DNA of 64,000 nucleotides from an uncultured virus (IMG/VR IMGVR_UViG_2660238005_000005) (IMGVR_UViG_2660238005_000005); one strand, 5' to 3'; numbered from the stretch's first letter, positions 9,601 to 20,068 are shown. A program made the numbers and translations. The notes: generated by a model from the sequence alone, not told the origin.

Positions 9601-10179
9601 GATCGACAGGTCCAGCCGGCGCCGGGTGAAGTTCACGAAGTTGCCGTTGCCGTAGTCGTGGGCGAACTGTTCCAGCCGCGCCTCGACGTCGGTGATGCGG
9701 ACATACTGCGAGCGCGACTCGAACACCAGCTGATAGACCTCGCCGATCTCGGGCAGCCGCTGTTCTTCGCGCTGCACGCAAGCGATGGCGCGCTGGCCCT
9801 GCAACTGGTTGCCCAGCAGTTCGAACGAGGCAGACACGGCCGGCACCACGAAGGACTCGATGGCGTTGCGCGCGTCGCGGCGCTCATCGGTCTGGCTGCC
9901 GGTGTTGAACAGCAGCACCGAGACACGCGGATCGGCCGGCGCCCGCGTGACGATGGCATGAGCGCCCAGGTACGGCTCGGCGCTGTTCGAGCTGATGCCG
10001 GCGAAGGCCTTGCGCAGGTTGATCCGGCCGATGGTCCGGTCCAGGCGCGAGATATCGGGAAACAGGTTGTTGATCTCGCGATCCACCACGGCCTGCCCGG
10101 TGGCACGGCCGCCGCCGTCGTCCTCATCGGTGAGGCGCTGGGATTTCAGCAGCTTTACATCATCGACGGTGATCGTCAT
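6628..10179 (-). CDS. Large tail/baseplate-like structural protein (1183 aa)
   Basis: Follows tape measure and distal-tail gene; repeated G-x-V/I-D/N-Y-x-x-G beta motifs. Confidence 0.75.
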   Translation of the reverse strand: MTITVDDVKLLKSQRLTDEDDGGGRATGQAVVDREINNLFPDISRLDRTIGRINLRKAFAGISSNSAEPYLGAHAIVTRAPADPRVSVLLFNTGSQTDERRDARNAIESFVVPAVSASFELLGNQLQGQRAIACVQREEQRLPEIGEVYQLVFESRSQYVRITDVEARLEQFAHDYGNGNFVNFTRRRLDLSISAPLGATFPGGQVTPGGTTSPKSQVLSTQVADAARYYGISPLAEAVSRGALSLRVKSVYSQLVPSTTRENALVDQLAGYQRRLFAAAGPARTVNLNVANIGSGRSRTFLGTGCAPGSLSLSAGGGVFADDRKGGLRYISGSNWIASGTVDYESGAIEMAASGSGWSGTASATYQPAAAATGEAVTGEIPIELGNRGFVYTLSLSEAPPQPGTLVVSFLALGKWQEIRDQGNGELAGEGTGTVDFATGSVSITLSALPDVGSSLIYAYVGQNDAALTQRTGTSVQARARINRTLPHQGLLPGSYKATFKVGGVERTVLDSGNGSLSGTGGSGQINYADGKVSMELSATPDAGSGIVHTYQQGSVTDSPLAVTSDSTGMCIGTLPGAPLKAGSVRLSWITKRRQAAPTLGADMGTGALPIFESEITMDNSVTDDAAGGWAGRAGTINYETGEFSLKVAGNYVFKEYTYYTDTVDNFGMKKLRLVATDTTLLEGFGGTLSVRAQSRGVEYGEQTDSQTVAPVTLDLLPGVAEPILPGSLVFTWAGEVYVDRSGVLYKNINSSTNAGIAVGSVDYAGRTATLNTYNSGAAPTVTLLACLTTNAGFSVTSMTFRTPGAPLRSASLQVTAVRLDTAQIVTTTADANGKLNGAVIKGSVDIVTGIVRLRFTSNLEDTTGASDIPVIPLLLRYNSVVFTSLPLDATLLGLDPVRLPADGRVPVFREGDVMVVAHTAETTVPSPQAGGVLQLGRDQQAEIKVVDANAVELASAGYSVDLERGRVTWANPLVLQDAEGNPLTLPLVVRDRVEHMTLCTEVQVNGELGISSPLPWDLPAGETLASSALSWGDLQARLHHWFTQRTWDIGSPNWTDEPKGDGTTANYNSLAYPPLIANRGAIDAKWALVFNSSTSFSVVEEKLGVIANGTTTTDTAPINPETNTPYFTIRKEGWGSGWAAGNAVRFNTDSCLGPMWIVRTVLSGKGTVEDDEFHLQIRGDAD

Positions 10180-10195
10180 GGAACACTCCAGCCAG

Positions 10196-10221
10196 AAAAG
10201 AAAACCCCGCCGAGGCGGGGT
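10196..10221 (-). terminator. Intrinsic terminator within tail operon
   Basis: CCCCGCC-TC-GGCGGGG then TTTTCTTTT on - strand. Confidence 0.65.
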
Positions 10222-10227
10222 GTGGGA

Positions 10228-10638
10228 TCAAGGGTCGGGGGTGGGCGGTGCCGAGGGCGGCGCTACGGTGAGCAGTCGCAACGTCACCAGGTAGTCGGCG
10301 TCCGGACCGGGGTTGACCTCGCGGAACAGCGGTTCGGCTTCCAGCGGCGCCCCGTCGGCGCGGTTGAAGATCACCGAGAATTCGCGGCCGTCTGGCAGCA
10401 CTAGCGGCATGACCCGCAGGCGCTGGTCGCGCAGCACCTCCAACTGCCGCACGACCCACAGCGGCGTCCATACCCCTCCCCCGGAACGCAGTGTGATCGG
10501 GCGTCCATGCAGCTTGGTGCCTTCCTGCACCAACAGCGCGCCGGTCAGGGAGCGTTCCTGCTCTTGTGCCACCGCATCCCAGGTGAACTCGTCCACCCAC
10601 TCGAACTGGTCGCCCAGTTCCACCGCATCGAGCCTCAT
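10228..10638 (-). CDS. Distal tail-like protein (136 aa)
   Basis: Directly after tape measure; WVDEFTW...SLTGALLVQ...GRPITL. Confidence 0.7.
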   Translation of the reverse strand: MRLDAVELGDQFEWVDEFTWDAVAQEQERSLTGALLVQEGTKLHGRPITLRSGGGVWTPLWVVRQLEVLRDQRLRVMPLVLPDGREFSVIFNRADGAPLEAEPLFREVNPGPDADYLVTLRLLTVAPPSAPPTPDP

Positions 10639-13600
10639 CGGCCGGTCCTCATGCTGGCCTGCTCGAGCACGCCGAGCAGGTTGGTTTCGTCCTGTTCGCT
10701 GGCCACCGCCACGTCAACGGCTCCCCGCGGCGTCTCGAAACGAACGACCCGGGGCGGAGGACTCGACACCGGCGACGAGGCAGGCGGCGCCGCCGCGGCC
10801 TTGGCGGCGCTCTGCTCGTCCACCCGCTTCTGCTGCTCCTCTCGCTGCCGCTTGGCATCCGTCTCGGCCTGGATCTGCTGCAGGGTGGCCAGCGCCGTCA
10901 TCAGGTTCTGCACCGCGTTCATGTCGCCGCTGCCCTGGGCCTCGGCCAACTGCTGCTGCAACTCGGCCTTGCGGCTGTTGAACCGGCTGCGATCCACGGC
11001 TTCCTGCTCGCCGCGCAGCCCCGCCAGTTCCTCGCGCAGGCTGACCAGCGTCGACTTCGAGCCTTCCTTGAGCTGCTGAATCTTCTGATTGGCCGCCTCG
11101 ATTGCGCTCTCCAGTTGCCGCATGTCCGAATCGTTCAGCAGGCTGAGGCCATTTCGAGCGCCCTTGGCCGCCGACACGAAGTCGCCCAGCTTCATGGTCC
11201 CGCGTTCGTAGTCGTCCATCAGGCTCTGCAGGCTGCGCTTCTGCTCCAGGTACGCCGCCTGGATCTCCAGGCTGGCCCGCTGGGTATCCATCGCCCAGCG
11301 CCCGAAACCGCTCATGCCCACGCCCGACTCGGCCTTGATCCGGGCCAGTTGCTCACTGACCTTGGCCAGGGAGCGCGAAGTGGCGTCCAGGCTGCTGGTG
11401 TCGATGCTGAGATCGACGGTGGAGATCCCACGCATCGCATCGAAGGCGTTCAGCGCTTCCTGGCTCAACTGCGCAACGCCCTGCCGCGCGGTGCTCAACA
11501 CCCCACCGAAGAACCCTTCGAAGGCGCCCATGTCGTCCTTCGTCGACGCTACTCCCTTGCGGGTCGCCTCCATCGATTCGCCGATGGCCTTGCGCTGGTC
11601 CGAAAGCGATTTGGCCGCCTTGTCCGAGGACTCCGCGACCGCCTGCATACCCTTGGCGCCCTCCTCGCCGGACGCCTTCAGTTCCTTGACCTTGGCGGAC
11701 AGCTTGGTCTGTTCCTGGTTGAACTCCCGCGCGCTGATCGTGCCGTCGTTGTACAGCCGGCCCAGCGCCGTCCGGATGTTCTGGATATCGACCGTGGTCT
11801 TCGCGCTGCTGATTGCGTCCTGGACCTGCTTCAAGTTCTCCAGGCCGGTACTGAGGTCAGACACCCCCAGGGCGGCGCCGCTGGCGGTCGACTTCAGTTC
11901 GGTCAGCTTCGCGTTGAGGACACCGGCGCCGTTCGCATACTCCTGCTGGCTCAGCGTGCCGGCCTGGTAGGCCTTGAGCATTTCCCCCTGCAGGGCGGTC
12001 AGTTGCTCGGTGGTCTTGGCCGCGCTGATCTGGTCCAGGGCATTCTGCAGGCTGGTCACCGCCTGCACCGACTCGGCGGCCGCGCTCTTCGCACCCGCCT
12101 TCAGGTCGGTGAAGGTGTCGGTGATCGCCTGGCTCTGCTGCTGCGCGGCGGAGGCGGTAGCCGTGGTGCTGGTGTCCCAGGCATCCGCGATATCCTGCGC
12201 GTCCTGCTGGATCTGCTGGCGGAAACCCTCGCTCATGCTGCTGAGCACGTCGTGGACGCCGGCGACGGAACTGCGGATCCGCTCCCCGCCCAGCGCCGCC
12301 GGGATCTTCTCCGCCACCTTCTCGATGCCGGCGACCATCAGCGACAGGGTGCCGGTCCAGGCCAGGGCGATAGCGCTGATGCCCGAGGTGACACCGTTGA
12401 ACAACGTCCGGAACGGCGCGATGAACAGTTGCACCCGCGAGGCCATGTCGTCCAGCTGGGTGCTGAAGCTGCTAAGCCAGGCCGAGGTCTTGTCGATCAG
12501 GGTGCCGAAATCGACGTCGGCCAGGCGCTTGATGAAGCGCTCGACCCATTCCGAGCCCTGGACGAAGGCATCCGACAGCCCCTTGGCCAGCGCGTCGAGG
12601 CGCCCGTCCTGGTCCATCTGCGCGATGGTGTCACCCAGTTCCTTCAGCTTGTTCTTGACGTGGTCCAGCGCGCCGGCGTTGGCAATGCGGTTGAGAAAGT
12701 CGGCCGCAGTGTCGCCGAGGTTGCTGACCAGACCGGTCAGGGTGCTCATGGCCTTGGCCGCGGCCCCTTCGGAGCTGCGCCCCATTTCGTCGACCAGCGC
12801 CTTGATGACGTCCCGGCCAAGCTTGCCCTTGCTCGCCAGATCCTGCAGCTGCGCGGCATTCTTGCCGGTGACCTTGGCCAGCATGTCCCACACCGGCACG
12901 CCACGCTCGACCAGTTGCAGGATCTCCTCGGTCTGTAGCTTCTGCTTCGCCCAGGCCTGGCCGACTGCCGTCGTGATGCCCTCCAGGCGCTCCATGCCAC
13001 CGCCCAGCTTCTCCGACTGGTCCTCGATCGCTTTCAGCGACCCATCCATCGGGTCCAGGCCGTAGGCCTTCAGCAGCGCGAAGGCGTCGGTGACGTCGCC
13101 CAACTGAAGCGGCGTATCCTTGGCAAAGGTCTTGATCCAGGCGGTTGCCCGCTCACCCTCGGCAACCGAGCCCATCAGCGACGTAAGCCGGTTCTGCAGG
13201 TTCTCGAACTGGTCGCCGGTGGTCAGCATCGAGACGATGCCATCACGCACCAGGCCGATTCCTCTGCGCACCAGGTTCAGCGCCGCCTGGATGCCGACGA
13301 AGGCCGCGGCGTAAGCGGCTGCCTGGCGAACGCCGGTCGACATGGCCTCGCGCAGCGCCGTCACGCGCGAGGTGTGGCCAGCAGCCTCCCGCGCCGCTCG
13401 CATCTGCGCACGTTCCAGCTCGCGGATCTCGCGGCTGTTCTGCGCGATGCTCTCGCGGGTGTTGTCGACCACCGACGCCAGCCGCCGCTCCTCGTTGGCA
13501 AGCTGCCCGGTATCCACGCCCGCCGCCCGCGCCGCACGTTGCTGCTCAGCGTGCCGAGCGGTCAGTTGGTCAAGGGTCCGACGCAGACCCGCTGCGTCCC

Positions 13601-13907
13601 GCTCCGCGATCTGCAGGGACACGGCCAGGCCCCGGCTCCCGGGGTTGCGGTCCAACGCCTCGCGCAGGTCCGCAATGGTACGGTCCACCCGCTGCACCGA
13701 CGTCTGCGTCTGCGCAATGGCGCGCTCGGTAGTTCCGAGCGCGGTCACCAAGCCGCGAGCCCCCTTCGCATCGTCCAACTGCCGGTTCAGGTTCGCCGCC
13801 GTGGTGCGCAGCCCTTCCAGCGCCTCGGTCGACTGCTGGGCGGCGGGCGACAGTTCGTCCCGGCCGCGAAGAACGAACTGGATCAGGCGCTGCATTGGGT
13901 TCGCCAT
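10635..13907 (-). CDS. Tail tape measure protein
   Basis: 1090 aa, Ala/Gln-rich helical, tape-measure domain motif (FAKDTPLQL...[16 protein letters not shown]). Confidence 0.92.
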   Translation of the reverse strand: MANPMQRLIQFVLRGRDELSPAAQQSTEALEGLRTTAANLNRQLDDAKGARGLVTALGTTERAIAQTQTSVQRVDRTIADLREALDRNPGSRGLAVSLQIAERDAAGLRRTLDQLTARHAEQQRAARAAGVDTGQLANEERRLASVVDNTRESIAQNSREIRELERAQMRAAREAAGHTSRVTALREAMSTGVRQAAAYAAAFVGIQAALNLVRRGIGLVRDGIVSMLTTGDQFENLQNRLTSLMGSVAEGERATAWIKTFAKDTPLQLGDVTDAFALLKAYGLDPMDGSLKAIEDQSEKLGGGMERLEGITTAVGQAWAKQKLQTEEILQLVERGVPVWDMLAKVTGKNAAQLQDLASKGKLGRDVIKALVDEMGRSSEGAAAKAMSTLTGLVSNLGDTAADFLNRIANAGALDHVKNKLKELGDTIAQMDQDGRLDALAKGLSDAFVQGSEWVERFIKRLADVDFGTLIDKTSAWLSSFSTQLDDMASRVQLFIAPFRTLFNGVTSGISAIALAWTGTLSLMVAGIEKVAEKIPAALGGERIRSSVAGVHDVLSSMSEGFRQQIQQDAQDIADAWDTSTTATASAAQQQSQAITDTFTDLKAGAKSAAAESVQAVTSLQNALDQISAAKTTEQLTALQGEMLKAYQAGTLSQQEYANGAGVLNAKLTELKSTASGAALGVSDLSTGLENLKQVQDAISSAKTTVDIQNIRTALGRLYNDGTISAREFNQEQTKLSAKVKELKASGEEGAKGMQAVAESSDKAAKSLSDQRKAIGESMEATRKGVASTKDDMGAFEGFFGGVLSTARQGVAQLSQEALNAFDAMRGISTVDLSIDTSSLDATSRSLAKVSEQLARIKAESGVGMSGFGRWAMDTQRASLEIQAAYLEQKRSLQSLMDDYERGTMKLGDFVSAAKGARNGLSLLNDSDMRQLESAIEAANQKIQQLKEGSKSTLVSLREELAGLRGEQEAVDRSRFNSRKAELQQQLAEAQGSGDMNAVQNLMTALATLQQIQAETDAKRQREEQQKRVDEQSAAKAAAAPPASSPVSSPPPRVVRFETPRGAVDVAVASEQDETNLLGVLEQASMRTGR

Positions 13908-13920
13908 GGCAATCCTCTGG

Positions 13921-13948
13921 CAAAAAAAAGCCCGCCAAACGGCGGGCT
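13921..13948 (-). terminator. Intrinsic terminator between tail tube and tape measure genes
   Basis: AGCCCGCC-GTTT-GGCGGGCT followed by a T-tract on - strand. Confidence 0.75.
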
Positions 13949-13978
13949 GTGGTCATGGGGCCATCCCTGGCACGGCGG

Positions 13979-14731
13979 TCAGGCCGCCTGCGCGAGATCC
14001 ATCTGGCAGAACTTGGAAATGTCGGTCGCGGTCACGCGCGAATCGGCGAGCAGTTCCGCTGGGCCGGTGAGCTTGGCGTACTCCTGGCCCAGCACCGCCA
14101 GTTCCTGCAGGAGGCCGAACTTGACGCGGCGAGGACGCAGCGCGAACGGCTCGCCCGACTGCGCGTCGTTCAGGCCAGCGATGAACAGCTCCAGTTCCTT
14201 CTGCGAGCCGTTGAGCATATGCACCGCCCGGCTCGGGCGCGGTGTGTAGCTGACCTTGATGCCGGTTGCATCGATCTTGCCGCCGCTCAGCACCTGGATG
14301 CCGTGGGGTACCAGCAGGTAGTCCGTGCCCGGGGCCACCTCGACGTCCCCTGCGGTCTTGACCGTCACGGGCTTGGTCAGGTCCGGCAGGTACTTGAACG
14401 GGATCAACTCCAGCGCAACCCCCTGAGAGGTATGCGCCTCGTCGGTGATTGCGGCGGTGGGCGCCACCTGGATGGTGGAGCGCGTCACCAGGGCGACATT
14501 CTCGGCGGTCAGGTCGAACATTCCGATGGAGGACGTCACGTCGGTGACGCGCTCGCGGACGTTGCTGTTGCCGCCGCCTCCCATGTAGTTGGGCAGCGTC
14601 TTGCGGTCGGTGGCGAAGCTGATGTTGAAGGTGTCGCAGTTGCCGAGCGGCAGGAACGGTTCCTGCGACCCGTACAGGCGGGCATGGATGATGCCCTCGC
14701 CGATGAACGAGCGGTCGATGGTCTGGAGCAT
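13979..14731 (-). CDS. Major tail tube protein
   Basis: 250 aa, position, LGN...GTDY...GLN motifs. Confidence 0.8.
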   Translation of the reverse strand: MLQTIDRSFIGEGIIHARLYGSQEPFLPLGNCDTFNISFATDRKTLPNYMGGGGNSNVRERVTDVTSSIGMFDLTAENVALVTRSTIQVAPTAAITDEAHTSQGVALELIPFKYLPDLTKPVTVKTAGDVEVAPGTDYLLVPHGIQVLSGGKIDATGIKVSYTPRPSRAVHMLNGSQKELELFIAGLNDAQSGEPFALRPRRVKFGLLQELAVLGQEYAKLTGPAELLADSRVTATDISKFCQMDLAQAA

Positions 14732-14758
14732 GGGGCTCTCCTGATGGGTTCGGGTGGG

Positions 14759-14959
14759 TTACTTCTGGTCGCCACCGGCCGGCTCGGCGTTGGCTGCCGG
14801 AATCGGCGCCTTGGCCTTGGCCTCGGTGGCGTAGCCCTTGCCCAGGGCATGGGCAGCTACGGCGGCGGTAACGCTGATGGCGCCCTTCGACGCCGGGTAA
14901 TGGGTCGCGTCGAGCCCCTCGCGGTAGTTGAACGGCCTGGTAACGATGATCTCGGGCAT
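14759..14959 (-). CDS. Small hypothetical protein (66 aa, MPEIIVTRPF...)
   Basis: GGAGG SD; between tail terminator and tube genes. Confidence 0.6.
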   Translation of the reverse strand: MPEIIVTRPFNYREGLDATHYPASKGAISVTAAVAAHALGKGYATEAKAKAPIPAANAEPAGGDQK

Positions 14960-15009
14960 GGAGCCCTCCGGAAATGAAGAGGCCGCCCGGAGGCGGCCTG
15001 GTGGATGGG

Positions 15010-15447
15010 TTACAACTGCTGCGAGTAGCTGACCTGCAGAGGGATGGCTCGATAGGCCCAGCGCCGGCCGGGCTCGGGCAGGCGCACAGCGGATGCCGGA
15101 AAATCGACACGCACCAGGCCGGGCACCGTCAGCCCGGCCTTGTGGCCCTTGAGCACCCGCTTGATCGCCAGGCGCGCCTCGCGCAACGCCTGGGCGGCGT
15201 CCCTGCCGCGCGCCATCGGGACGATGTTCACGGTCCACTCCTCCACGACACTGCCCGGCGACCGGTCTCGTTCCACGGTGTCCCCTTCCTGCAGGATGAT
15301 CAGCCGTTCGGGCTCGTCGCTGTCCTCGGCGTCGAGCACCCCGGCCACCCAGTCCTCGCGGACGGCATCGCCGAACGCCGGCACCGCGGCCAGCAGGTCC
15401 AGCAGTTGGCCGATGACCGCGGTCTGTACATCGATCACGTCGCTCAT
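15010..15447 (-). CDS. Tail terminator/completion protein
   Basis: 145 aa, synteny after head-tail joining gene. Confidence 0.65.
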   Translation of the reverse strand: MSDVIDVQTAVIGQLLDLLAAVPAFGDAVREDWVAGVLDAEDSDEPERLIILQEGDTVERDRSPGSVVEEWTVNIVPMARGRDAAQALREARLAIKRVLKGHKAGLTVPGLVRVDFPASAVRLPEPGRRWAYRAIPLQVSYSQQL

Positions 15448-15755
15448 TCGGGCACCACGTAGAAAGTGATCCAGTCGCCGTCGTCGGCATGGATGCCGTC
15501 GATGCGCCAGACCTGGCCATCGGAATCGAGGAACGCCCCCTTTCGATCAAGGGGCTGCAACACGGCCTTGCGGCACGCAATGGTCCGGTACCGATCCAAG
15601 GCGCCGGCTTCCATGCGTTCCACGCCTTCCTCGACGATCACCGCAGCATTGCCGATCTGCCGGCCAGAGCGGTCCAGGTAGCCAAACTCACCATCGCCGA
15701 GGACGTCGGCGATGATCTCGTCCATGTCGGCGACCAGTTCAGAGAAACCCACCAC
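15444..15755 (-). CDS. Head-tail joining protein (gpFII-like)
   Basis: Follows capsid gene; GTG start inferred. Confidence 0.65.
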   Translation of the reverse strand: MVGFSELVADMDEIIADVLGDGEFGYLDRSGRQIGNAAVIVEEGVERMEAGALDRYRTIACRKAVLQPLDRKGAFLDSDGQVWRIDGIHADDGDWITFYVVPE

Positions 15756-15757
15756 GG

Positions 15758-16756
15758 TCAGAGGGTCAGTTCGCGCACCGCCAACGGGCGGGTGCACAGG
15801 TGCAGCGGGTTCGATTGCGCTTCCCCAGCCACGCCTTTGTCGAAGGGCAGACGCTCAAGCTTGGCGTAGTACGGCAGGCCTTCGGTGTTGACGACCTCCA
15901 TGTAGTCCGCCGGCGCAAAGGCGCTGATGAACAGGTCCGGAACCCCCTCCGGGACCAGTTGGGCACTGCCATCGTCCACGAACGGCTCCCCGTCATGCTT
16001 GCCGCGATAGCGCTCCCAGATCACGCCGCCGAACTCGAACGACTGGCGACGGTCACCCCGCAGTTGCGCCGCCTGCAGGGTGTTCAGGTAAGTGCCGCGC
16101 ACTTTGGGGTGATCGATGAACTTGGCCCAGAAGTTCTTGCCACAGAACGCTCGCGATCCGGTGCTGGTGACGTTGCCCAGCGCGTCGTCCTGCTCGTCGA
16201 GCAGGTCGGCCAGAATGCCGCTCAGGTCACCCTCGGGGTTACCCAGTTCGAGCGATCGCGGCTTGGGCTTCCTCAGTCCGAAGGCCTGGTAGATATCCAG
16301 CAGCACCGTCGAACCGTCGGCATCGAGAATCTTGCCCTTGATGGCGCCGATGCGCTGATACTCGTGGGTCAGGTCCAACTGGCGGCGCGCTTTTTCCAGG
16401 CGCTTGGCCACGACCGCCTCGGCGGACTGCAGCTCGGTCCGGCTACCCACCGCACGGATGCCCTGGATTTCATCGGCGAGGATCTGGAACGTCTGCGGCA
16501 GGTGAACGGTGTTGAAGGGGACCAGTTGACGCTTGTCACCGGTCACGGCCTGGCCTACGCCGCCGCGGGCTTTCGCCTCCACCAGTTGCAGCGTGGTGCC
16601 GTCCTTTTCGATCTGCACCACCAGCGAGGACACGCCCTGTTCCTCGAACAGGCCCAGCGCGGCAAGTTGCCCCGGCACCGGGTGATCGGTGTTGATCACC
16701 GCCAGCAGCGCCTCAACCGAGAACGCCTCATCTTCGAAAATGCTGATTTCAGCCAT
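15758..16756 (-). CDS. Major capsid protein (lambda gpE family)
   Basis: 332 aa; EAQSNPLHLCTRP C-terminal motif; synteny. Confidence 0.9.
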   Translation of the reverse strand: MAEISIFEDEAFSVEALLAVINTDHPVPGQLAALGLFEEQGVSSLVVQIEKDGTTLQLVEAKARGGVGQAVTGDKRQLVPFNTVHLPQTFQILADEIQGIRAVGSRTELQSAEAVVAKRLEKARRQLDLTHEYQRIGAIKGKILDADGSTVLLDIYQAFGLRKPKPRSLELGNPEGDLSGILADLLDEQDDALGNVTSTGSRAFCGKNFWAKFIDHPKVRGTYLNTLQAAQLRGDRRQSFEFGGVIWERYRGKHDGEPFVDDGSAQLVPEGVPDLFISAFAPADYMEVVNTEGLPYYAKLERLPFDKGVAGEAQSNPLHLCTRPLAVRELTL

Positions 16757-16813
16757 GTGGATACTCCAGAAATGAAAAACCCCGCGCAGGCGGGGCTTGA
16801 GGTGATTGAGGGA

Positions 16814-17449
16814 TCAGGTGCGAAGGATCAGGCCCAGCGCCTTGAGGTCGGCCTCACCCGCGGCATCCAGGCCGGTCAGCAGGCTGACGATCACTTCGGC
16901 ATCACGGACCACGGCCACCGCCTTGACGTCGGTATCCGTGGCATCCACTGGTCCGAACAGAATGCCGCCAGCCGCGCGACGGCCGTCATCGGCACCGTCG
17001 TCGTCGTAGGGCGTCCACTCGCCGAGCCCTGCCAGTACCTGCAGGTTGAAGCGATCACCCACCACGAAGTCGGCGGCCCCATCGGAAAGGGTGAAGCCGA
17101 TTCCGCCGCCGGTGAACGCCTGGCCGACTTGACCAGTGCCCACCTGGCGTCCCTGCGGGTCGACCACCTCGAACTTGCCGCCATTGGCTCCGGCCTCGGT
17201 GATTTCCAGCACGTAGGTGCCGCTGATGGCGGCGCTGGTCACCACGGTGGCACCGACAGTGCCGTCGCCGGTGTTCCCTGCCGCCGCGGTTGCGGTCAGC
17301 GCATTGGCGGCGGTGATGGGGGCGATCAAGGTACCCGCCACCAGCCGGCCGGAGCCGGCGGTGATGACGATGTTTTCGCGGCTGCGCGAGCCGTTGGCCT
17401 CCGACAGGAGGAACTCTCCGGCGTGAACGCCTTCGGTCTTGATGGTCAT
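16814..17449 (-). CDS. Head decoration protein (gpD-like, with inserted domain)
   Basis: GEFLLSEANGSRSRE N-terminus, VRDAEV C-terminus; synteny. Confidence 0.8.
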   Translation of the reverse strand: MTIKTEGVHAGEFLLSEANGSRSRENIVITAGSGRLVAGTLIAPITAANALTATAAAGNTGDGTVGATVVTSAAISGTYVLEITEAGANGGKFEVVDPQGRQVGTGQVGQAFTGGGIGFTLSDGAADFVVGDRFNLQVLAGLGEWTPYDDDGADDGRRAAGGILFGPVDATDTDVKAVAVVRDAEVIVSLLTGLDAAGEADLKALGLILRT

Positions 17450-18618
17450 GCTTGCTTTCCTCCTTTCGAGGCATTGAGCCGGCGCTTCGCGTACACGTCG
17501 CTCGGCGCCGGGGGTTGGTAAGCCTTGTTCTGCGGCAGATCGCCCGTCGGCACGCGGTTGTCGATCTCCACCTGGGTGCTGCGCGCTACGATCTTGTCGT
17601 ACAGCCGCAGACGGGCGCCGTCGGCATCCAGGCCCTCCTCGATGAGCGCCTTGGCCTCATCGGGCATTTTCGCGACGAGGCATACCGACCGGACGGCCTT
17701 CGCCCGGTCCAAGGCCGCGCGCACAGTCTCGCGATCCTTCAGGCCCGAGGCCTTGATCAGATACGCCGCGCAGTCGGCCAGACCGGCCTGGGCGCAGTCC
17801 GCCGTCAGCTCCGCAGCCAGTTCGGCCGACGTCGGGGCGAGGTCACCCGCTGGCTCCTGGCTGGCCAGCAGCCGGCGCGCCGCGTCAGGCGTGTTGCGAT
17901 AGCGATTCAGCACCTTGCCCAGGCGTGCATTCACGCCGACCGGCTCGGCCGCGCCGAGCACCTCGTCCACGAACCCCTTGTCCTTCGCCTCGGGCGCGGT
18001 GAGCCAGGTTTCGTCGTCGATCATCCGGCGCAGCTCGGCGTCATCGACATTCAGCGGCCGATGCTGGTAGCTCGCCACGATGCCCTCGAACGCCTGGTCC
18101 ATCATGTCGGCGACCTTGCGCAGGTCTTCGCTGTCGCCTGCCGCGAGGGTCCAGGGGTTGTGGATCATGAACAGCGCGTTGTCGGCCATTTCGACCCGGT
18201 GTGCGCCGCAGGCCGCGACACTGCCCGCGCTGAAGCAGGCCCCGTCGATCCGGGCGGTGCAACGTTCGCCCAGGGCCCGGAGCGCGTTGTGGATGGCGAT
18301 GCCGTCGAAGAGGTCACCGCCGATGGTGTCGAAGTGGACCAGTACCGGAGAGGTGCCGTCGTCGACTGCTTTCAGGTCGCGGATGAAATCCGCGGAGGTG
18401 ATGCCCCAAAAGCCGATTTCGCCGTAGATGTAGATCTCGATGGAGGCGGCCGAGCCGGTACCCTCAGCGCTCAGCGCCTTGACGCTGTACCAGTGCTCGG
18501 CCTGTAGCTCCGGCGCGCCCTGCGCCTTGTTCCGGATGCGCGGATCGGCGAGCGTGCCAACGCCCAGCAGAGCCCACAGGGCGGCCAGCGCCAGGGGCTG
18601 TTCATTGCGTTTCTTCAT
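17446..18618 (-). CDS. ClpP-type prohead protease with C-terminal scaffold region
   Basis: YIYGEIG, GGDLFDG, SAGS, MIHNP, ETWLTA motifs. Confidence 0.9.
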   Translation of the reverse strand: MKKRNEQPLALAALWALLGVGTLADPRIRNKAQGAPELQAEHWYSVKALSAEGTGSAASIEIYIYGEIGFWGITSADFIRDLKAVDDGTSPVLVHFDTIGGDLFDGIAIHNALRALGERCTARIDGACFSAGSVAACGAHRVEMADNALFMIHNPWTLAAGDSEDLRKVADMMDQAFEGIVASYQHRPLNVDDAELRRMIDDETWLTAPEAKDKGFVDEVLGAAEPVGVNARLGKVLNRYRNTPDAARRLLASQEPAGDLAPTSAELAAELTADCAQAGLADCAAYLIKASGLKDRETVRAALDRAKAVRSVCLVAKMPDEAKALIEEGLDADGARLRLYDKIVARSTQVEIDNRVPTGDLPQNKAYQPPAPSDVYAKRRLNASKGGKQA

Positions 18619-20068
18619 GGGTGTCCCCTTGGTCTCTCACCGGTTGCCCGGTGTCGGTGGTGTAGTGCAGGTTCAGGCTGTCGGCCCGGGCGTTGTCCTG
18701 GGCGTTCTCCCGGTCGATCACTTCGGCGTCGTATCCGGTGCGTAGCGCATGCTCGCTCCGGCTGGCGAGGCCTCCGCCGATCTCCAGCAGCTTGCCCTGG
18801 ACGTCCTGCACCGGATGGATGTAGGCCCAGCCCTGCGGGATCCAACGCGTGCGCAGGAATTCACGTCGCCGCGTCGGATAGTCCGGCAGGTCGACTGCTC
18901 CGCTGAGGTACGCGGTATCCAGCCACCACGCGCGCACCGGGCGGCAGAGCTGGTAGACGTACACGCTGAACTGAACCTGTTCGATCCGGCGCCGAAACTC
19001 GTTGAGCAGCACCCGCAAGGTGCGGTCGCTGATATCGCCCATGTCGCCGGTGAGCAGCTCATACGGCAGGTCGACACCGACCGCCGCTGCCATCAGTTGC
19101 TGTCGCATGAAGTCGACGTAGGTGTTACCGGCGTCCGGCGGGTCGGAGAAAACCACCTCCTCCCCTTCCAGCAGTTCCTGCATGGTCCCCGGCTCCAGGC
19201 CGACCATTGGTGTCCCGTCGCGATCCTGCGCAGGTGCCAGTCCGGTCGACGGATCGAAGATCGGCGCCCCGTCCTGTCGAGGCCTGGTGATGAACCCGGC
19301 GAACAGGTTGGAAACTTCCTGCCTGAACAGCACCGCGTCGTCGTAGTTGTCCAGCGACTTCAGCCGCAGGAGAACCGGCGACAAGCGCGGCACACCGCGC
19401 AGCTGGCCCCCCTCCAGCGGTTCGAAGATGTGCAGCACCTGGTCCGCCGGGATGCGGTTGAGCTGGTTGTAGCCGCGCCGGGGCGCCGCCGGATCGCCGG
19501 GATGGCTCTGCCACATCCAGTAGGCAACCCGGCGGCCGATGGCGTCGAACTCGATTCCCGCGCGCACCACGTTGCCGCTGCGGGTCTTGAAATTGCGATC
19601 CACCGGGACGAAGTCAGGCGGGAGCACCTGCAGTTGCAGAGGTACCGCCAGGCCGTCCTCCGGCCGCCGGTTGCGGCGCCTCACGAAGCACTCGCCCGCT
19701 TCCTCGACCATCCGCGCGATGATCATCTGCAGGCCGTAGAAATCGGTACGGTCATCCGCGTCCGATTCATCTACCCAGTCCTCCCACAGCAGGTTCAACG
19801 CCTCGCGCAACGCCGCGTCGTCCAGGCGTGCGCGCGGCGTAATGCCGGTGCCGATCAGGTTGCTGACGCGCTTGCTGATCGCGCTCGCGGCGTAGGGGTC
19901 ATTCCTCACCGCCGCTCGCGAGCGCTTGCGCAGGGTCGGCAATGCCGGAATGGCTACCGCATTCAGCGCCGCCTCGGGCGCGTCCCATCCAGCGGCGCGG
20001 CGTCCGGTGCCAGCGCCCTCGTAGCTGTTGCGAATGCGCTTCGACGTGATTCGGTATCGGGTAGCCAT
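18602..20068 (-). CDS. Portal protein, lambda family
   Basis: YEGA, RSRAAVRNDPYA, GQLRGVP, LLTGD motifs. Confidence 0.92.
   Translation of the reverse strand: MATRYRITSKRIRNSYEGAGTGRRAAGWDAPEAALNAVAIPALPTLRKRSRAAVRNDPYAASAISKRVSNLIGTGITPRARLDDAALREALNLLWEDWVDESDADDRTDFYGLQMIIARMVEEAGECFVRRRNRRPEDGLAVPLQLQVLPPDFVPVDRNFKTRSGNVVRAGIEFDAIGRRVAYWMWQSHPGDPAAPRRGYNQLNRIPADQVLHIFEPLEGGQLRGVPRLSPVLLRLKSLDNYDDAVLFRQEVSNLFAGFITRPRQDGAPIFDPSTGLAPAQDRDGTPMVGLEPGTMQELLEGEEVVFSDPPDAGNTYVDFMRQQLMAAAVGVDLPYELLTGDMGDISDRTLRVLLNEFRRRIEQVQFSVYVYQLCRPVRAWWLDTAYLSGAVDLPDYPTRRREFLRTRWIPQGWAYIHPVQDVQGKLLEIGGGLASRSEHALRTGYDAEVIDRENAQDNARADSLNLHYTTDTGQPVRDQGDTHEETQ

Noticed and set aside
6589..17521. Long + strand ORFs (6589-8421, 8533-10404, 11115-12938, 15800-17521)
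   Set aside because: Antisense shadows of GC-rich structural genes; no motifs and biased composition
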